Source: a virus (lineage: Duplodnaviria; Caudoviricetes). Taken from it: 40,246 nt of DNA. Below the pieces are notes generated by a model. The model ran no database searches. It had not been told where the DNA came from and worked only from the letters and a program-made list of their open reading frames with translations. The position numbers and the translations under genes are program-made. Within the stretch, counting starts at the first letter, position 1. Every line of letters starts with the position of its first letter. Below, one piece after another: positions 27,310 to 36,180 of the stretch. The stretch is taken from positions 1-40,246 of the IMG/VR virus record IMGVR_UViG_3300003888_000071; one strand, written 5' to 3'.

Positions 27310-28402
27310 CGCCGACGCCGACCGCATCGCCGTGCGGGTGGCCGGCCGGGAGCATCGGGACTGGACCACCTATCGCATTGAATCGCATCTCATCACCCCG
27401 GCCGACGCCTGGCAGGTGACGCTTGGCATTCCGGCGGGCCAGCTGCCGGACACAATTGCGCCCTGGGCCGAGGTGGAAGTCTGCCTGGGCCAGGACGTGG
27501 CGCTGACCGGCCGCATCGACCGCCTGGAGCGCGAACTGGCCAAGGGCGTGCATCATCTGACTCTGTCCGGTCGGGACGGGGCGGCCGTGCTGGTGGATTG
27601 TTCGGCCCCTATCTTTACCCAGCGCAAAGCCACGCTCCAGGAGGTCGTGGATTTGGCCGTGCGGCCGCTGGGTATTTCCAAAATCCGCGTGGAGGCCACG
27701 GGCGCCCAGGAAAAGGCGGAGATCGAACCGGGCATGACCGCCTGGGACGCCCTGGCCCAAGCCTGCCAGGCCAACGGCTGCTGGGCCTGGTTTGAGCCGG
27801 ACGGCACGCTAGTGGTGGGCGGCCCGGATTATGCGGCCGCGCCCGTGGCCACGCTGGTTTTGCGCTTTGCCGGCCAGGACAACAACGTGCGCTCCTTGAC
27901 CGTCAATGAGGACGTGTCCGGCCGGCACAGTGAAGTGACCGTGCTGGGCCAATCCCACGGCTACGAAGGCCAGGACGGCAAGCACAACATCAAGCATCAG
28001 GCGACCGACCCGGACGTGCCGGGCTATCGGCCGCTGATTCTGGTGGCCGGCGACTGCGACGATGCGGCCGAGGCCAAGCGCCGGGCGCAAAAGGCTTTGA
28101 TGGATTCGCGGCTGGAGGGCTTCACCATAACCGCCCTGGTGCGCGGCCATCGCACCGGCGGCCCGGGCCAGGGCGACCCCTGGAAGCCGGGGCAGCGGGT
28201 GCGGGTGGTCAGCGAACCCCACGGCCTGGACGGCGTCTATTTCCTGCTGGCTCGGACGTTTCTGGGCGGCCGCGACAAGGGCGCCGTCACCGAATTGATC
28301 CTCAAGGAAGACGGCGTGTGGCTGCCGGAACTGGCCAAGACCAGCCCCAAGAGCAAGGGCAAAGGCAAGACCGCAAACAAGGGCAAGGTGGTGGACCTGT
28401 GA
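27293..28402 (+). CDS. Baseplate hub (Mu gpP/gp44-like)
   Basis: 'W..YRIES....PADAW', 'SGRD.AAVLVDCSAP', 'W.PGQRV.V'. Confidence 0.88.
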   Translation: MASPVDADADRIAVRVAGREHRDWTTYRIESHLITPADAWQVTLGIPAGQLPDTIAPWAEVEVCLGQDVALTGRIDRLERELAKGVHHLTLSGRDGAAVLVDCSAPIFTQRKATLQEVVDLAVRPLGISKIRVEATGAQEKAEIEPGMTAWDALAQACQANGCWAWFEPDGTLVVGGPDYAAAPVATLVLRFAGQDNNVRSLTVNEDVSGRHSEVTVLGQSHGYEGQDGKHNIKHQATDPDVPGYRPLILVAGDCDDAAEAKRRAQKALMDSRLEGFTITALVRGHRTGGPGQGDPWKPGQRVRVVSEPHGLDGVYFLLARTFLGGRDKGAVTELILKEDGVWLPELAKTSPKSKGKGKTANKGKVVDL

Positions 28403-29049
28403 GCAATGAGTTTCTGCGGCGCATGGACGCCAAGATCGCCCGGACCATGTCCCGGGTGCGCCTGGGCTTTCGGGCCGTGCTGACGGCGCTGGACACCAAA
28501 CCCGGCGTGCAGCTGCTGCAAGCCGACGGTCTGGCCGGCGAGCAGTTGCAAGCCGCCGAGGTGTTCCAGCATTTCGGCTTTACGTCAGCGCCGCCGGCCG
28601 GCAGCCAGTGCATTGTTTTGCCCCTTGGCGGCAAAAGCTCGCACAGCATCATCGTGGCCACGGAGCACGGCAGCTACCGGGTGACGTCGCTCAAAAGCGG
28701 CGAAGTCTGCGTCTACAACCAGTCCGGGGCCAAGATCACCTTGAAGGAAGACAAACTGGTGGCCGTCGAGTGCAAGACGCTGGTGTTCGACGTCGAGGAA
28801 GACATCACCATGACCGCCAAGCGCATCCGCGCCGTGGCCAGCGAACGGATTGGTTTATACGCTCCCGAGTGGGACATGGGCGGCGACGAGGACGGGACGG
28901 ACTGCGAAGGCGTGTGGCGCGGGAATCTGCATATTACGGGGACGTCCACGGCGGACGTGGATCATGTGAGCGGTGAGGTGAGTTTGAGGCATCACGTTCA
29001 TCGGGAGAATGACGGGGTAGGGCCTACCGACCCGCCTGTGGGGGAATGA
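28399..29049 (+). CDS. Baseplate spike (Mu gp45-like)
   Basis: 'QADGLAGE...E.FQHFGFTS.PP.G', 'GEVCVY', C-terminal 'SLRHHVH' metal-binding tip. Confidence 0.88.
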   Translation: MSNEFLRRMDAKIARTMSRVRLGFRAVLTALDTKPGVQLLQADGLAGEQLQAAEVFQHFGFTSAPPAGSQCIVLPLGGKSSHSIIVATEHGSYRVTSLKSGEVCVYNQSGAKITLKEDKLVAVECKTLVFDVEEDITMTAKRIRAVASERIGLYAPEWDMGGDEDGTDCEGVWRGNLHITGTSTADVDHVSGEVSLRHHVHRENDGVGPTDPPVGE

Positions 29050-29128
29050 AGAGGAGCGGAGGCACTCCCCACTTCCCCTGTCATTGAAATTCCATTCGCT
29101 TGTTATCGTTGGTGATAATTCCAACAGA

Positions 29129-29310
29129 TAAACCACCGCCTCTGGCGGTGTGACCCGAATAGGTTCGACCGATCCGGGAATTTGGCCTTTGGTAATCAAT
29201 CCAGCGAGTGGTTCGTAATGGCAGGATACCGGAAGTTTCTTATTCTTGAGTCGTTAGCCCCCTTCGAGGGGGCATCATCATACCACCGGCTATGCCGGTG
29301 GTATGATGAT
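29129..29310. mobile_element. Non-autonomous IS200/IS605-like palindromic miniature element (candidate)
   Basis: Hairpin CACCGCC-tct-GGCGGTG (29134-29150); GCCCCCT-tcg-AGGGGGC (29257-29273); perfect 17-bp stem 29274-29310; no transposase between them. Confidence 0.5.
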
Positions 29311-29370
29311 TGGATTTAATTGGATCGTGTTACGGAGTTATCCTCAACAGCGGACTAAAGACACCGTTCG

Positions 29371-30528
29371 TCAACTGTCTGGGGCCAGCCCCAACAGGTA
29401 CTTATTTGCAAGTTCAAGTCCATCACATGGTTCAACAACTTTTCCTTCCAGCACGTGACTAACTATGGCTTGGTACACGCGGGATGCAATAAGAAAGTTC
29501 CCTGCAATATTCGGATGAGTAAAATCATTGTCCCCGAAGAATACAAACCGGTCTTTTGCTTTCAACACGTCTGGCTGAATGTCAATGCTGAGCATGCTGT
29601 TATTTGTTGCTAGTTCATTGTTCCTTCTTGAAAGTATAGGCATGGCTTGCCAATAGAGATTGAACTCGAAGTATTTAATTTCATTCTTCAGAGGTATGAA
29701 ATTGTCTTCTCGACCAACACGGGAAGTAAACTTCCAAGGAAAGTTGACGTTTACGACTACAATGCCTTTCTTGCGGCATATATCAATCATCTTTTGAAAG
29801 TTTACACTATATGCAGTCAAACCATTCTCAATCTCTGCAGTGAGATCCTTCTTTTCTGTCTTGTTAAGTCTGTAAGTATCGAAATAATCACGTAAATAAG
29901 TTGTAATCCAATAATACGCACTGCTCTTTTCTCTAAAAAAACGATCAATATTAGGAGGTAAGAAATTGTCATTGCGGACTACGCCTCTAATGGCATCCCA
30001 TGTTGCATTCGACAACAATATGGCGGAAACATCTGTTACACCCATCATGAATACGACAACATCTGGCTCGATTTGTAAATATTTTCTTTCAAGAAGATAG
30101 AGGTGGTGGTCGCTTAAATAGCCAGGGACGCCTGCATTGACCACTTCCACCTGGATGTCGCCCTCAAACTTTGTTCCTTTGAGCATTTCACCCAAAATGC
30201 TAGGGAAGGTTTCGCTATTGTGAACATTGACACCATTTGTCGCAGAGTCTCCTACGCATAGAATTCTGAATGTGCCGGGCGGTTTTGGAATAGATATGTC
30301 CGCACCACGAAATCCAGCATTGTTTATACAGTTAACATTTTTGCCTTGTGGCGAGATAGCTCCAGGTCGAAATCGATAACCGAGAACCTGGTCAGGAACA
30401 CAGAACAGGTCGTTTTCATCATTCACAACAGGAATAGGCCCTTTTATCAGCCTATAGCCAAACTCAACAAGACTTCCCAGTGCCACAATGGCCGCCACGA
30501 AAACAATAAACAGCTTGAAACTCTTCAT
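29371..30528 (-). CDS. Membrane-anchored SGNH/GDSL hydrolase (accessory gene)
   Basis: N-terminal TM; 'CVGDSATNG' (block I), 'VNAGVPG' (II), 'GVTD' (III), 'DFTHPN' (V); AT-rich; antisense to phage genes. Confidence 0.88.
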   Translation of the reverse strand: MKSFKLFIVFVAAIVALGSLVEFGYRLIKGPIPVVNDENDLFCVPDQVLGYRFRPGAISPQGKNVNCINNAGFRGADISIPKPPGTFRILCVGDSATNGVNVHNSETFPSILGEMLKGTKFEGDIQVEVVNAGVPGYLSDHHLYLLERKYLQIEPDVVVFMMGVTDVSAILLSNATWDAIRGVVRNDNFLPPNIDRFFREKSSAYYWITTYLRDYFDTYRLNKTEKKDLTAEIENGLTAYSVNFQKMIDICRKKGIVVVNVNFPWKFTSRVGREDNFIPLKNEIKYFEFNLYWQAMPILSRRNNELATNNSMLSIDIQPDVLKAKDRFVFFGDNDFTHPNIAGNFLIASRVYQAIVSHVLEGKVVEPCDGLELANKYLLGLAPDS

Positions 30529-30763
30529 ATTATCGCCTTGTAACCAAACCAATGGAGTTCGGATGTCGGTACTTATAAAATACAGATATCAGTACCTGTG
30601 CACTGTCAAAACATGCCAGTATACTGACATTCTAAAAATGAATACTGAATCTGTCCAGACAAAGCGCTGTCTATGTAACCATCACGTTCTAGTTGTAACA
30701 AATGACTTGCGAAATACTCCCATGTTCAAGTTAAAATTCTGAGAAGTTCCTTCAGATAGGCTA

Positions 30764-30815
30764 CTGAACCCCTTCACCTATCCCACCGCCCCCAACCGCC
30801 ACTACTGTGGCGGGC
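30764..30815 (+). promoter_or_regulatory. Late promoter candidate 3 (baseplate/fibre operon)
   Basis: CTGAACCCCTTCACCT; TACTGT at 30803 (38 nt spacing) in CCGCCAC/GTGGCGG dyad. Confidence 0.7.
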
Positions 30816-31172
30816 ATGGGCATCGACAAAGGCATTGATCCATACACCGGCGAATATCTGCCTTCCCGGATAAACCACCTGGGCAACGCCGTCTATATCC
30901 GTCTGGCCACGCCGCTCGGTTCGTGGTGGGCGGACCCGTCCATTGGCTCGCGCCTGCATGAGTTGGCCCGCTCCAAAGACCTGCCGCGCATCGGCGTGCT
31001 GGCCCGGCAGTACGCCGCCGCCGCTCTGGCTCCGCTGACTGCCGACGGCCGGGCGCGCTCCATAGACGTGGCCTCCAAACAACCCCATGACGGGCGCTGT
31101 CTGCTGCGTATCACCGTTGTGGACGCGCTTGGCCGGGAACAGACGTTTCAGCATCCGGTGCAGGTGGTCTGA
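30816..31172 (+). CDS. Baseplate protein (Mu gp46-like)
   Basis: 'NAVYIRL.TPLGSWWADP.IGSRLHEL.R.K', 'YA.AAL.PL..DGRA'. Confidence 0.88.
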   Translation: MGIDKGIDPYTGEYLPSRINHLGNAVYIRLATPLGSWWADPSIGSRLHELARSKDLPRIGVLARQYAAAALAPLTADGRARSIDVASKQPHDGRCLLRITVVDALGREQTFQHPVQVV

Positions 31173-32233
31173 TGTACACGATCCCCACCTTCGAGGCCAT
31201 ACGGGCCGCCTATTTGCGCGACGTTAAAAACCTGCTGCCCGACGCCGCAACAGACGCGGACAGCGACTATTTCATACGCGGCACGGCTGTGGCGGCGGCG
31301 GTGGACGGCCTGTACCACCATCAACTGTGGATTGCCCGGCAGGTGCTGCCCGATACTGCCGACCCGGAATATCTGGAGCGCCACGCCGCGCTTCGGGGCC
31401 TCGGCCGCAAACCGGCCATCGCGGCCAGCGGCGATCTGGTCGTGCTGGGCACGCCCGGCGCGGTTGTTCCGGCGGGCGAATCCGTGCGCCATGTCGCCAC
31501 GGGCCTGACCTTCGCCACCACCGCCCAGGCAATCGTTGGCGCGAACGGCCGGACAATCGCGCCCGTGGCCGCCGCAGCCGGCGTGACGCCGGTTTTCTCC
31601 GATGAGGCGGTGCTGTTCGTCCAAGCCCCGGAAGGCGTTCTCTCCCAGGCGACGTTGACGCTGTCCGGCGGCGTGGCCGCCGAGTCCGACGCCGAGCTGC
31701 TGGCCCGGCTGCTGGATTACATGCAGCACCCGCCGGGCGGCGGCAACGCCTACGACTACAAGCATTGGGTCTTGTCCGTGCCGGGCATCTCCCGAGCCTG
31801 GACGTATCCCAACCGCCGGGGCCTGGGCAGTGTGGACGTGGCCGTGCTTGGCCCGGACGGCCCGGCCGCGCCTTCGGCCGTCGCCGCCGCCCAGGCCGTG
31901 GTGGACGCAAAACGCCCGGCGGCCTGCAAGGACGCCTGGGTGCTGTCGCCCACGCCCGTGCTGGTCACGGTCACGGTGGCGGTGCGCCTGGACGCCGCCG
32001 TCACCACCCTGGCGCTCTACACCGCCCAGCTCCAGGAGGCGTTAGCCGCCGCCCTGGCCGATCTGCCGCCCGGCGGCGTGGTCTACCGCTCCAAAATCGA
32101 GGCCGTGGCCTCCAGCCTGCCAGGCGTCATCGACCGCCAGGTCAGGACGCCGCAGGCCAATTTCGTGGCCGTGGTAACCCCCCAGCGGCTGGAATGGCCG
32201 CGTCTGGGGCTGGTGCAGGCGCAGGCGTTATGA
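31172..32233 (+). CDS. Baseplate J-like wedge protein (Mu gp47-like)
   Basis: 'QLWIARQVLPDTAD..YLERHA', 'ESDAELLARLL...PPGGGN..DY..W', 'RRGLGSVDV'. Confidence 0.9.
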   Translation: MYTIPTFEAIRAAYLRDVKNLLPDAATDADSDYFIRGTAVAAAVDGLYHHQLWIARQVLPDTADPEYLERHAALRGLGRKPAIAASGDLVVLGTPGAVVPAGESVRHVATGLTFATTAQAIVGANGRTIAPVAAAAGVTPVFSDEAVLFVQAPEGVLSQATLTLSGGVAAESDAELLARLLDYMQHPPGGGNAYDYKHWVLSVPGISRAWTYPNRRGLGSVDVAVLGPDGPAAPSAVAAAQAVVDAKRPAACKDAWVLSPTPVLVTVTVAVRLDAAVTTLALYTAQLQEALAAALADLPPGGVVYRSKIEAVASSLPGVIDRQVRTPQANFVAVVTPQRLEWPRLGLVQAQAL

Positions 32234-32853
32234 CGGCCGGACATGCGGTGTTGCTGGCGGCGCTGTTGCCGTCCAGCTACGCCCTGACCGGCCGGATCGA
32301 ACCGGAACTGGCGGCGGAAGGCGGCGCGCTGGATACGGCGCTGGCCGCCAGCCTCGAACCTCTGCGCGGCCTGACGCCGCTGGCGGCGCTGGAATGGCTG
32401 GAGGACTACGAGCGCGTCTACGATCTGCCCGGCGACTGCCGTCAGTCCGGCCTGCTGCTCCAGGAGCGGCTGGCCCTTTTGACCATCGCCCTGGCCGAAC
32501 GCGCCGCCATCAACCGGGCCTATTTCATCTGGCTGGCCGCCCAGCTCGGCTACGCCATAACCATCGAAGAATACGACCCGTTTCGGGCCGGCTTTGCCCG
32601 GGCCGGGGAGCGTATCACCAATTACGAAACGCTGTTTACGGCCGGCAGCGCGGCCGGCCAGTCGCTGCGCCAGGGCGCGCCCTGGCAATACGTCTGGATG
32701 GTCCACGCCCAAGGCGACCCCACCACGATCTTTCGGGCCGGCGTCAGCTGCGCCGGCGAACCGCTGGCCAGCTGGAGCAACCAACTGCTCGAATGCGCCG
32801 TGCGAAACGCCGCCCCGGCCCATACCCTGGTCCACTTTGCCTACGGAGGATAA
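32230..32853 (+). CDS. Baseplate protein (Mu gp48 / DUF2313-like)
   Basis: 'LAALLP', 'LEDYERVYDLP', 'YFI.LA..LGY', 'LLEC.V...APAHT'. Confidence 0.85.
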   Translation: MTAGHAVLLAALLPSSYALTGRIEPELAAEGGALDTALAASLEPLRGLTPLAALEWLEDYERVYDLPGDCRQSGLLLQERLALLTIALAERAAINRAYFIWLAAQLGYAITIEEYDPFRAGFARAGERITNYETLFTAGSAAGQSLRQGAPWQYVWMVHAQGDPTTIFRAGVSCAGEPLASWSNQLLECAVRNAAPAHTLVHFAYGG

Positions 32854-32858
32854 CCGCC

Positions 32859-33563
32859 ATGCATCGAATCGACGGCCCCGGGGCCGTAAACAACCTGTTT
32901 ACCGAGGGCGACCCGACAGTGCCGCAGATGGCCACGGTGGTCACGGCCATTTGGCTAAACGACGTGCAGGAAAACCTGACCCGCGCCATCGAAGCCGCCG
33001 GCATAACGCCGGTCAAAGGCGACTTTGACCAGCTGCGCCGGGCCATCACGCTGCTGTCCGGCTCCGGCGAGATCGGCGAGGGCAAGATCTGGTTCAGCGA
33101 AACCCTGCCGGCCAGCGGCGATTGGCTGGAATGCAACGGCTCGGCGCTGCTCATACTGGATTACCCGGCGCTCTACGCCGCCTTGGGCAGCGCCTGGGGC
33201 ACGGCCCCGGCCGGCTATTTCCGGCTGCCCGACCTGCGCGGCGTGGTCCCGCGCGGCTGGGACCACGGACGCGGCAAAGACCCGGACGCGGCCCAGCGCG
33301 TCGGCGGCGACCACGTGGGCTCCAGCCAGGACGACGCCGTGCGAAAGCACAACCACCCCATGGGCGGCGTGGTCGGCACGGCCGGCGGCGGCACGGGCGT
33401 GCCCGACGCCCAGGCTTGGAACAACGGCCCTTACAACTATTACACCAAGGATTTCGGGGTGTCCTCGGACGGCGTGGCGGCCGGGGCCTTTGCCAATGTG
33501 CCCGCAGCTTCGGAGACCCGCATGAAAAACGTCAACGTCATGTTCCTCATCCGCTGGAGGTAG
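32859..33563 (+). CDS. Short tail fibre protein with collar domain
   Basis: Mu-S-like N-terminus 'MHRID...FTEGDP...AT.VTA.WLN.VQE'; collar 'WLECNGS...YPALYAALG...FRLPDLRG..RGWD.GRG'; 'ETR.KN'. Confidence 0.85.
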   Translation: MHRIDGPGAVNNLFTEGDPTVPQMATVVTAIWLNDVQENLTRAIEAAGITPVKGDFDQLRRAITLLSGSGEIGEGKIWFSETLPASGDWLECNGSALLILDYPALYAALGSAWGTAPAGYFRLPDLRGVVPRGWDHGRGKDPDAAQRVGGDHVGSSQDDAVRKHNHPMGGVVGTAGGGTGVPDAQAWNNGPYNYYTKDFGVSSDGVAAGAFANVPAASETRMKNVNVMFLIRWR

Positions 33564-33566
33564 CCC

Positions 33567-34286
33567 GTGAAGCTATTTTATCTCTACGACGCCCAAGGTG
33601 CATACCTTGGCCAATGCGAAGCCCGGCTGTCCCCGGCCCGGCCGCAAAACGCGGACGGCAGTCCGAATTACCTCTGGCCGGCCAATGCGACCGACGTGCC
33701 GCCGCCGCTGGTCGGAGCGGACCAGATACCGGTCTTCGACGGCGAGGCTTGGCGCGTGGCAGCGGACTACCGGGGCCGGATTGCCTACGCCGTCGCCGAC
33801 GGCCAGCCCATGACCATTGGGACGCTCGGCCCTGTGCCCGAGGGCGCGACCCTGATTCCGCCGCCCAGCCGTCACCATGTCTGGGACGCCGTGGCCGCCT
33901 CCTGGCAACCGGACATGGCCGCCATCCGGGCCGACGCCGAGGCTGTCGTCGATAATCAGGCCGACGCGCTGCTTGCGCCCTTTATGACCCTGACCCCCGG
34001 CCGGGCCATGACCTATCTGGCCAAGGAAACGCAGGCCCGCCAGTTCCTGGCGGCGGCCGAACCCGATCCGGCCGACTATCCGCTCATTGCCGGCGAGGTG
34101 GGCATCACGGCCGACACGGCCAAGGCCGTGGCTGAAACCATCCTGGCCATGTCGCAGTCCTGGCACGCCCTGGGCGCGGCCATCGAAGCCGTGCGCCTGA
34201 CCGACAAAAAACAGGTGCGCCAGGCGCAGACCCCGGAGGCCGTCCAGGCCGTGCTGGACGCCGTCGTCTGGCCCAAGGCGGGCTAG
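33567..34286 (+). CDS. Tail fibre assembly-like protein
   Basis: 'YLG...P......WPANAT..PP', 'VFDGEAW...DYRG', 'LGP.PEG.T'; follows fibre gene. Confidence 0.7.
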   Translation: MKLFYLYDAQGAYLGQCEARLSPARPQNADGSPNYLWPANATDVPPPLVGADQIPVFDGEAWRVAADYRGRIAYAVADGQPMTIGTLGPVPEGATLIPPPSRHHVWDAVAASWQPDMAAIRADAEAVVDNQADALLAPFMTLTPGRAMTYLAKETQARQFLAAAEPDPADYPLIAGEVGITADTAKAVAETILAMSQSWHALGAAIEAVRLTDKKQVRQAQTPEAVQAVLDAVVWPKAG

Positions 34287-34289
34287 GCC

Positions 34290-34745
34290 ATGAGCGCCAT
34301 TCCCACCGTTGCGGTGACGATCCGCTACCAGGACACCCGGGGCCAGGGCGTCGAGGGCGCCACGGTCAAGGCCGTTTTGACCAGCGCGGAACGCTATCAA
34401 GGCCTGGACGTGCCGGGTCAGGCGGATGGCCTGACCAATGCCGTGGGCAAGGCCGTGTTGCAGCTTTTCCCCAACGAGCTTGGCAGCGAGGGCAGTTCCT
34501 ATTCGCTGACGGTCACCGATCCCCTGGGCGGCAGCTTTATCCGTTTCGTGGCCATCCCCAATTCCCCCTGCGACGTGGTGCTGGGGCCGCATGTCGCCAC
34601 GGCCGTGACCGGCCCCCCGGGCCAGACCGGGGCCACAGGCGACAAAGGCGAGAAGGGAGATACGGGCGAGAAAGGCGACCGGGGAGAACCCGGCCCGCCC
34701 GGCGATATGTCCACGGCCAAGCGACTGGCCATCATTTATGGGTAG
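34290..34745 (+). CDS. Structural protein with short collagen-like GXY repeat
   Basis: GPP GQT GAT GDK GEK GDT GEK GDR GEP GPP GDM near C-terminus. Confidence 0.7.
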   Translation: MSAIPTVAVTIRYQDTRGQGVEGATVKAVLTSAERYQGLDVPGQADGLTNAVGKAVLQLFPNELGSEGSSYSLTVTDPLGGSFIRFVAIPNSPCDVVLGPHVATAVTGPPGQTGATGDKGEKGDTGEKGDRGEPGPPGDMSTAKRLAIIYG

Positions 34746-34757
34746 GAGCGCATCGTC

Positions 34758-35081
34758 ATGGCATTGAAAAACTGGCCCTTGCCCAGCGTGGCCGCCAACA
34801 CGGTCACCGATCTGGTCGTCCCGACGCCAACCCTTGAGGTGATCGTCTTCAGCCTGATCATCTGCAACACCGGCACGGCGGACGCCGCCGACGTCATGGT
34901 CACCCTGACCAGCGCCGCCGGGGTCATCAAGGCGACCCCAATCAAGGCGACGCTTGGCCCCGGCGAGTCCGTCCATGTCGACACCAAGATCAGCCTTGCC
35001 GCTAGCGACGCGCCGGACAAGCTGCGGGCGTTGTCGACCGTGGTGACGGTGTCGTTTCTGGCCTCAGGGGACGAGGGGTAA
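34758..35081 (+). CDS. Hypothetical beta-rich tail-associated protein
   Basis: AGGAG RBS; phage-like codon use; operon context. Confidence 0.6.
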   Translation: MALKNWPLPSVAANTVTDLVVPTPTLEVIVFSLIICNTGTADAADVMVTLTSAAGVIKATPIKATLGPGESVHVDTKISLAASDAPDKLRALSTVVTVSFLASGDEG

Positions 35082-35084
35082 ACC

Positions 35085-36179
35085 ATGGGCGTCTCGAAAC
35101 TCTCCGCCAAACAGTCTTGGACCGCCACCTGGACTCCTGGCGTTAATCTGACCAACCTGTTTGCTCTGTACGATTCGCTCGGCGACGTGACAATCAATAC
35201 GGCCACGGCCGTGCCGACCACATTGGACGGCCCCATCCAGATGGTGCGGTACGGGACGCTGACCGTCAACGCAGCTATGACCGCCTCGCAGCGTTGCCGT
35301 GGATGGATGCCGCTGGCCGACACCCTTGTCATGGGTGCGGCCGGGCGGATGGGCATGGATGCCAGGGGCGCAGCCGGGGCCAGGAATTGGGCTGTGGACA
35401 AAGATATTTTTGTCCCGAAATCCATCACATTCACCGGCAAGAACACCAGTTACGCCGATTTCTTGCGATGGATCAGACAGACCGGCTACTGCATTTTTGA
35501 CCCGAGCATGTACGCCTGCCCGCCCCCGGGCATGGGCGACGTGCAATGCGATTGGGCTACATGGACGCCGTTCGGCAGTGTCATCATTTCGGCGGCTGGG
35601 TGCGGGGCTAGGCTCGGAGGTCTTGGCGGTGCTGGTGGCAGTGGAACTAGCATTGCCGGGGCGACTGGATATGTCGGGTCGAGTGGCGGAACCGGCGGCG
35701 GCGGTCGAGGTTGCTATTATTACTCCGGCGGCGGCGCAGGCTGCGGACACCAATATTCTGGCGCTGGTCGGGTTTGGGGTGGCGGGGCTGGCGGCGGCAG
35801 TACTGTAGACGACGGAGCGCCCAGCGGTTTGGGCGCGGACCAGTACGGAGGCATCGGCGGCTGGAGCTATGGCGCTGGCGCGGGGAATCCTGCTGGCAAT
35901 GGAACGGCTTCGGGTACTGGAGGCATCCTTATTGTTATTTGTAGAGGAAATGTCAGTATTGCAAGCGGTTCATCATTAACTGCATCTGGAGTCGCTGCTG
36001 CGGCAGGATACGCATACTCTGGAGGTTCAAGCGGGGGAGGGAGCGTGTCGTTGTTTTACGGCGGAAGCTGCGTCAATAACGGGACTATCGCTGCGCCTGG
36101 TGGATCTTATGGCAATGGCGGCGCGGGCGGTTCCGGTTCTACAACATCCACAACCATCGCGGCTATGGGCTGGAGTTAA
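35085..36179 (+). CDS. Glycine-rich putative receptor-binding/fibre protein
   Basis: Repeated GGGG/GGSG tracts, 'GTGGILIVIC.G', 'GGSSGGGSV.LFY'; tail module location. Confidence 0.65.
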   Translation: MGVSKLSAKQSWTATWTPGVNLTNLFALYDSLGDVTINTATAVPTTLDGPIQMVRYGTLTVNAAMTASQRCRGWMPLADTLVMGAAGRMGMDARGAAGARNWAVDKDIFVPKSITFTGKNTSYADFLRWIRQTGYCIFDPSMYACPPPGMGDVQCDWATWTPFGSVIISAAGCGARLGGLGGAGGSGTSIAGATGYVGSSGGTGGGGRGCYYYSGGGAGCGHQYSGAGRVWGGGAGGGSTVDDGAPSGLGADQYGGIGGWSYGAGAGNPAGNGTASGTGGILIVICRGNVSIASGSSLTASGVAAAAGYAYSGGSSGGGSVSLFYGGSCVNNGTIAAPGGSYGNGGAGGSGSTTSTTIAAMGWS

Positions 36180-36180
36180 A

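Noticed and set aside
1727-27369. Many long minus-strand ORFs (e.g. 1727-3244, 12566-14209, 18148-19467, 23624-25063, 25936-27369)
   Set aside because: Antisense shadows of GC-rich phage genes; no recognisable motifs, and they fully overlap well-supported plus-strand genes
30346-30742. Short plus-strand ORFs near the SGNH gene start
   Set aside because: No RBS or recognisable features; more likely the AT-rich promoter region of the SGNH gene
34612-34710. Periodic GGCGA(C/G)AA repeats as a CRISPR or DNA repeat array
   Set aside because: Explained by collagen-like GXY codons within an ORF; no spacers or cas genes
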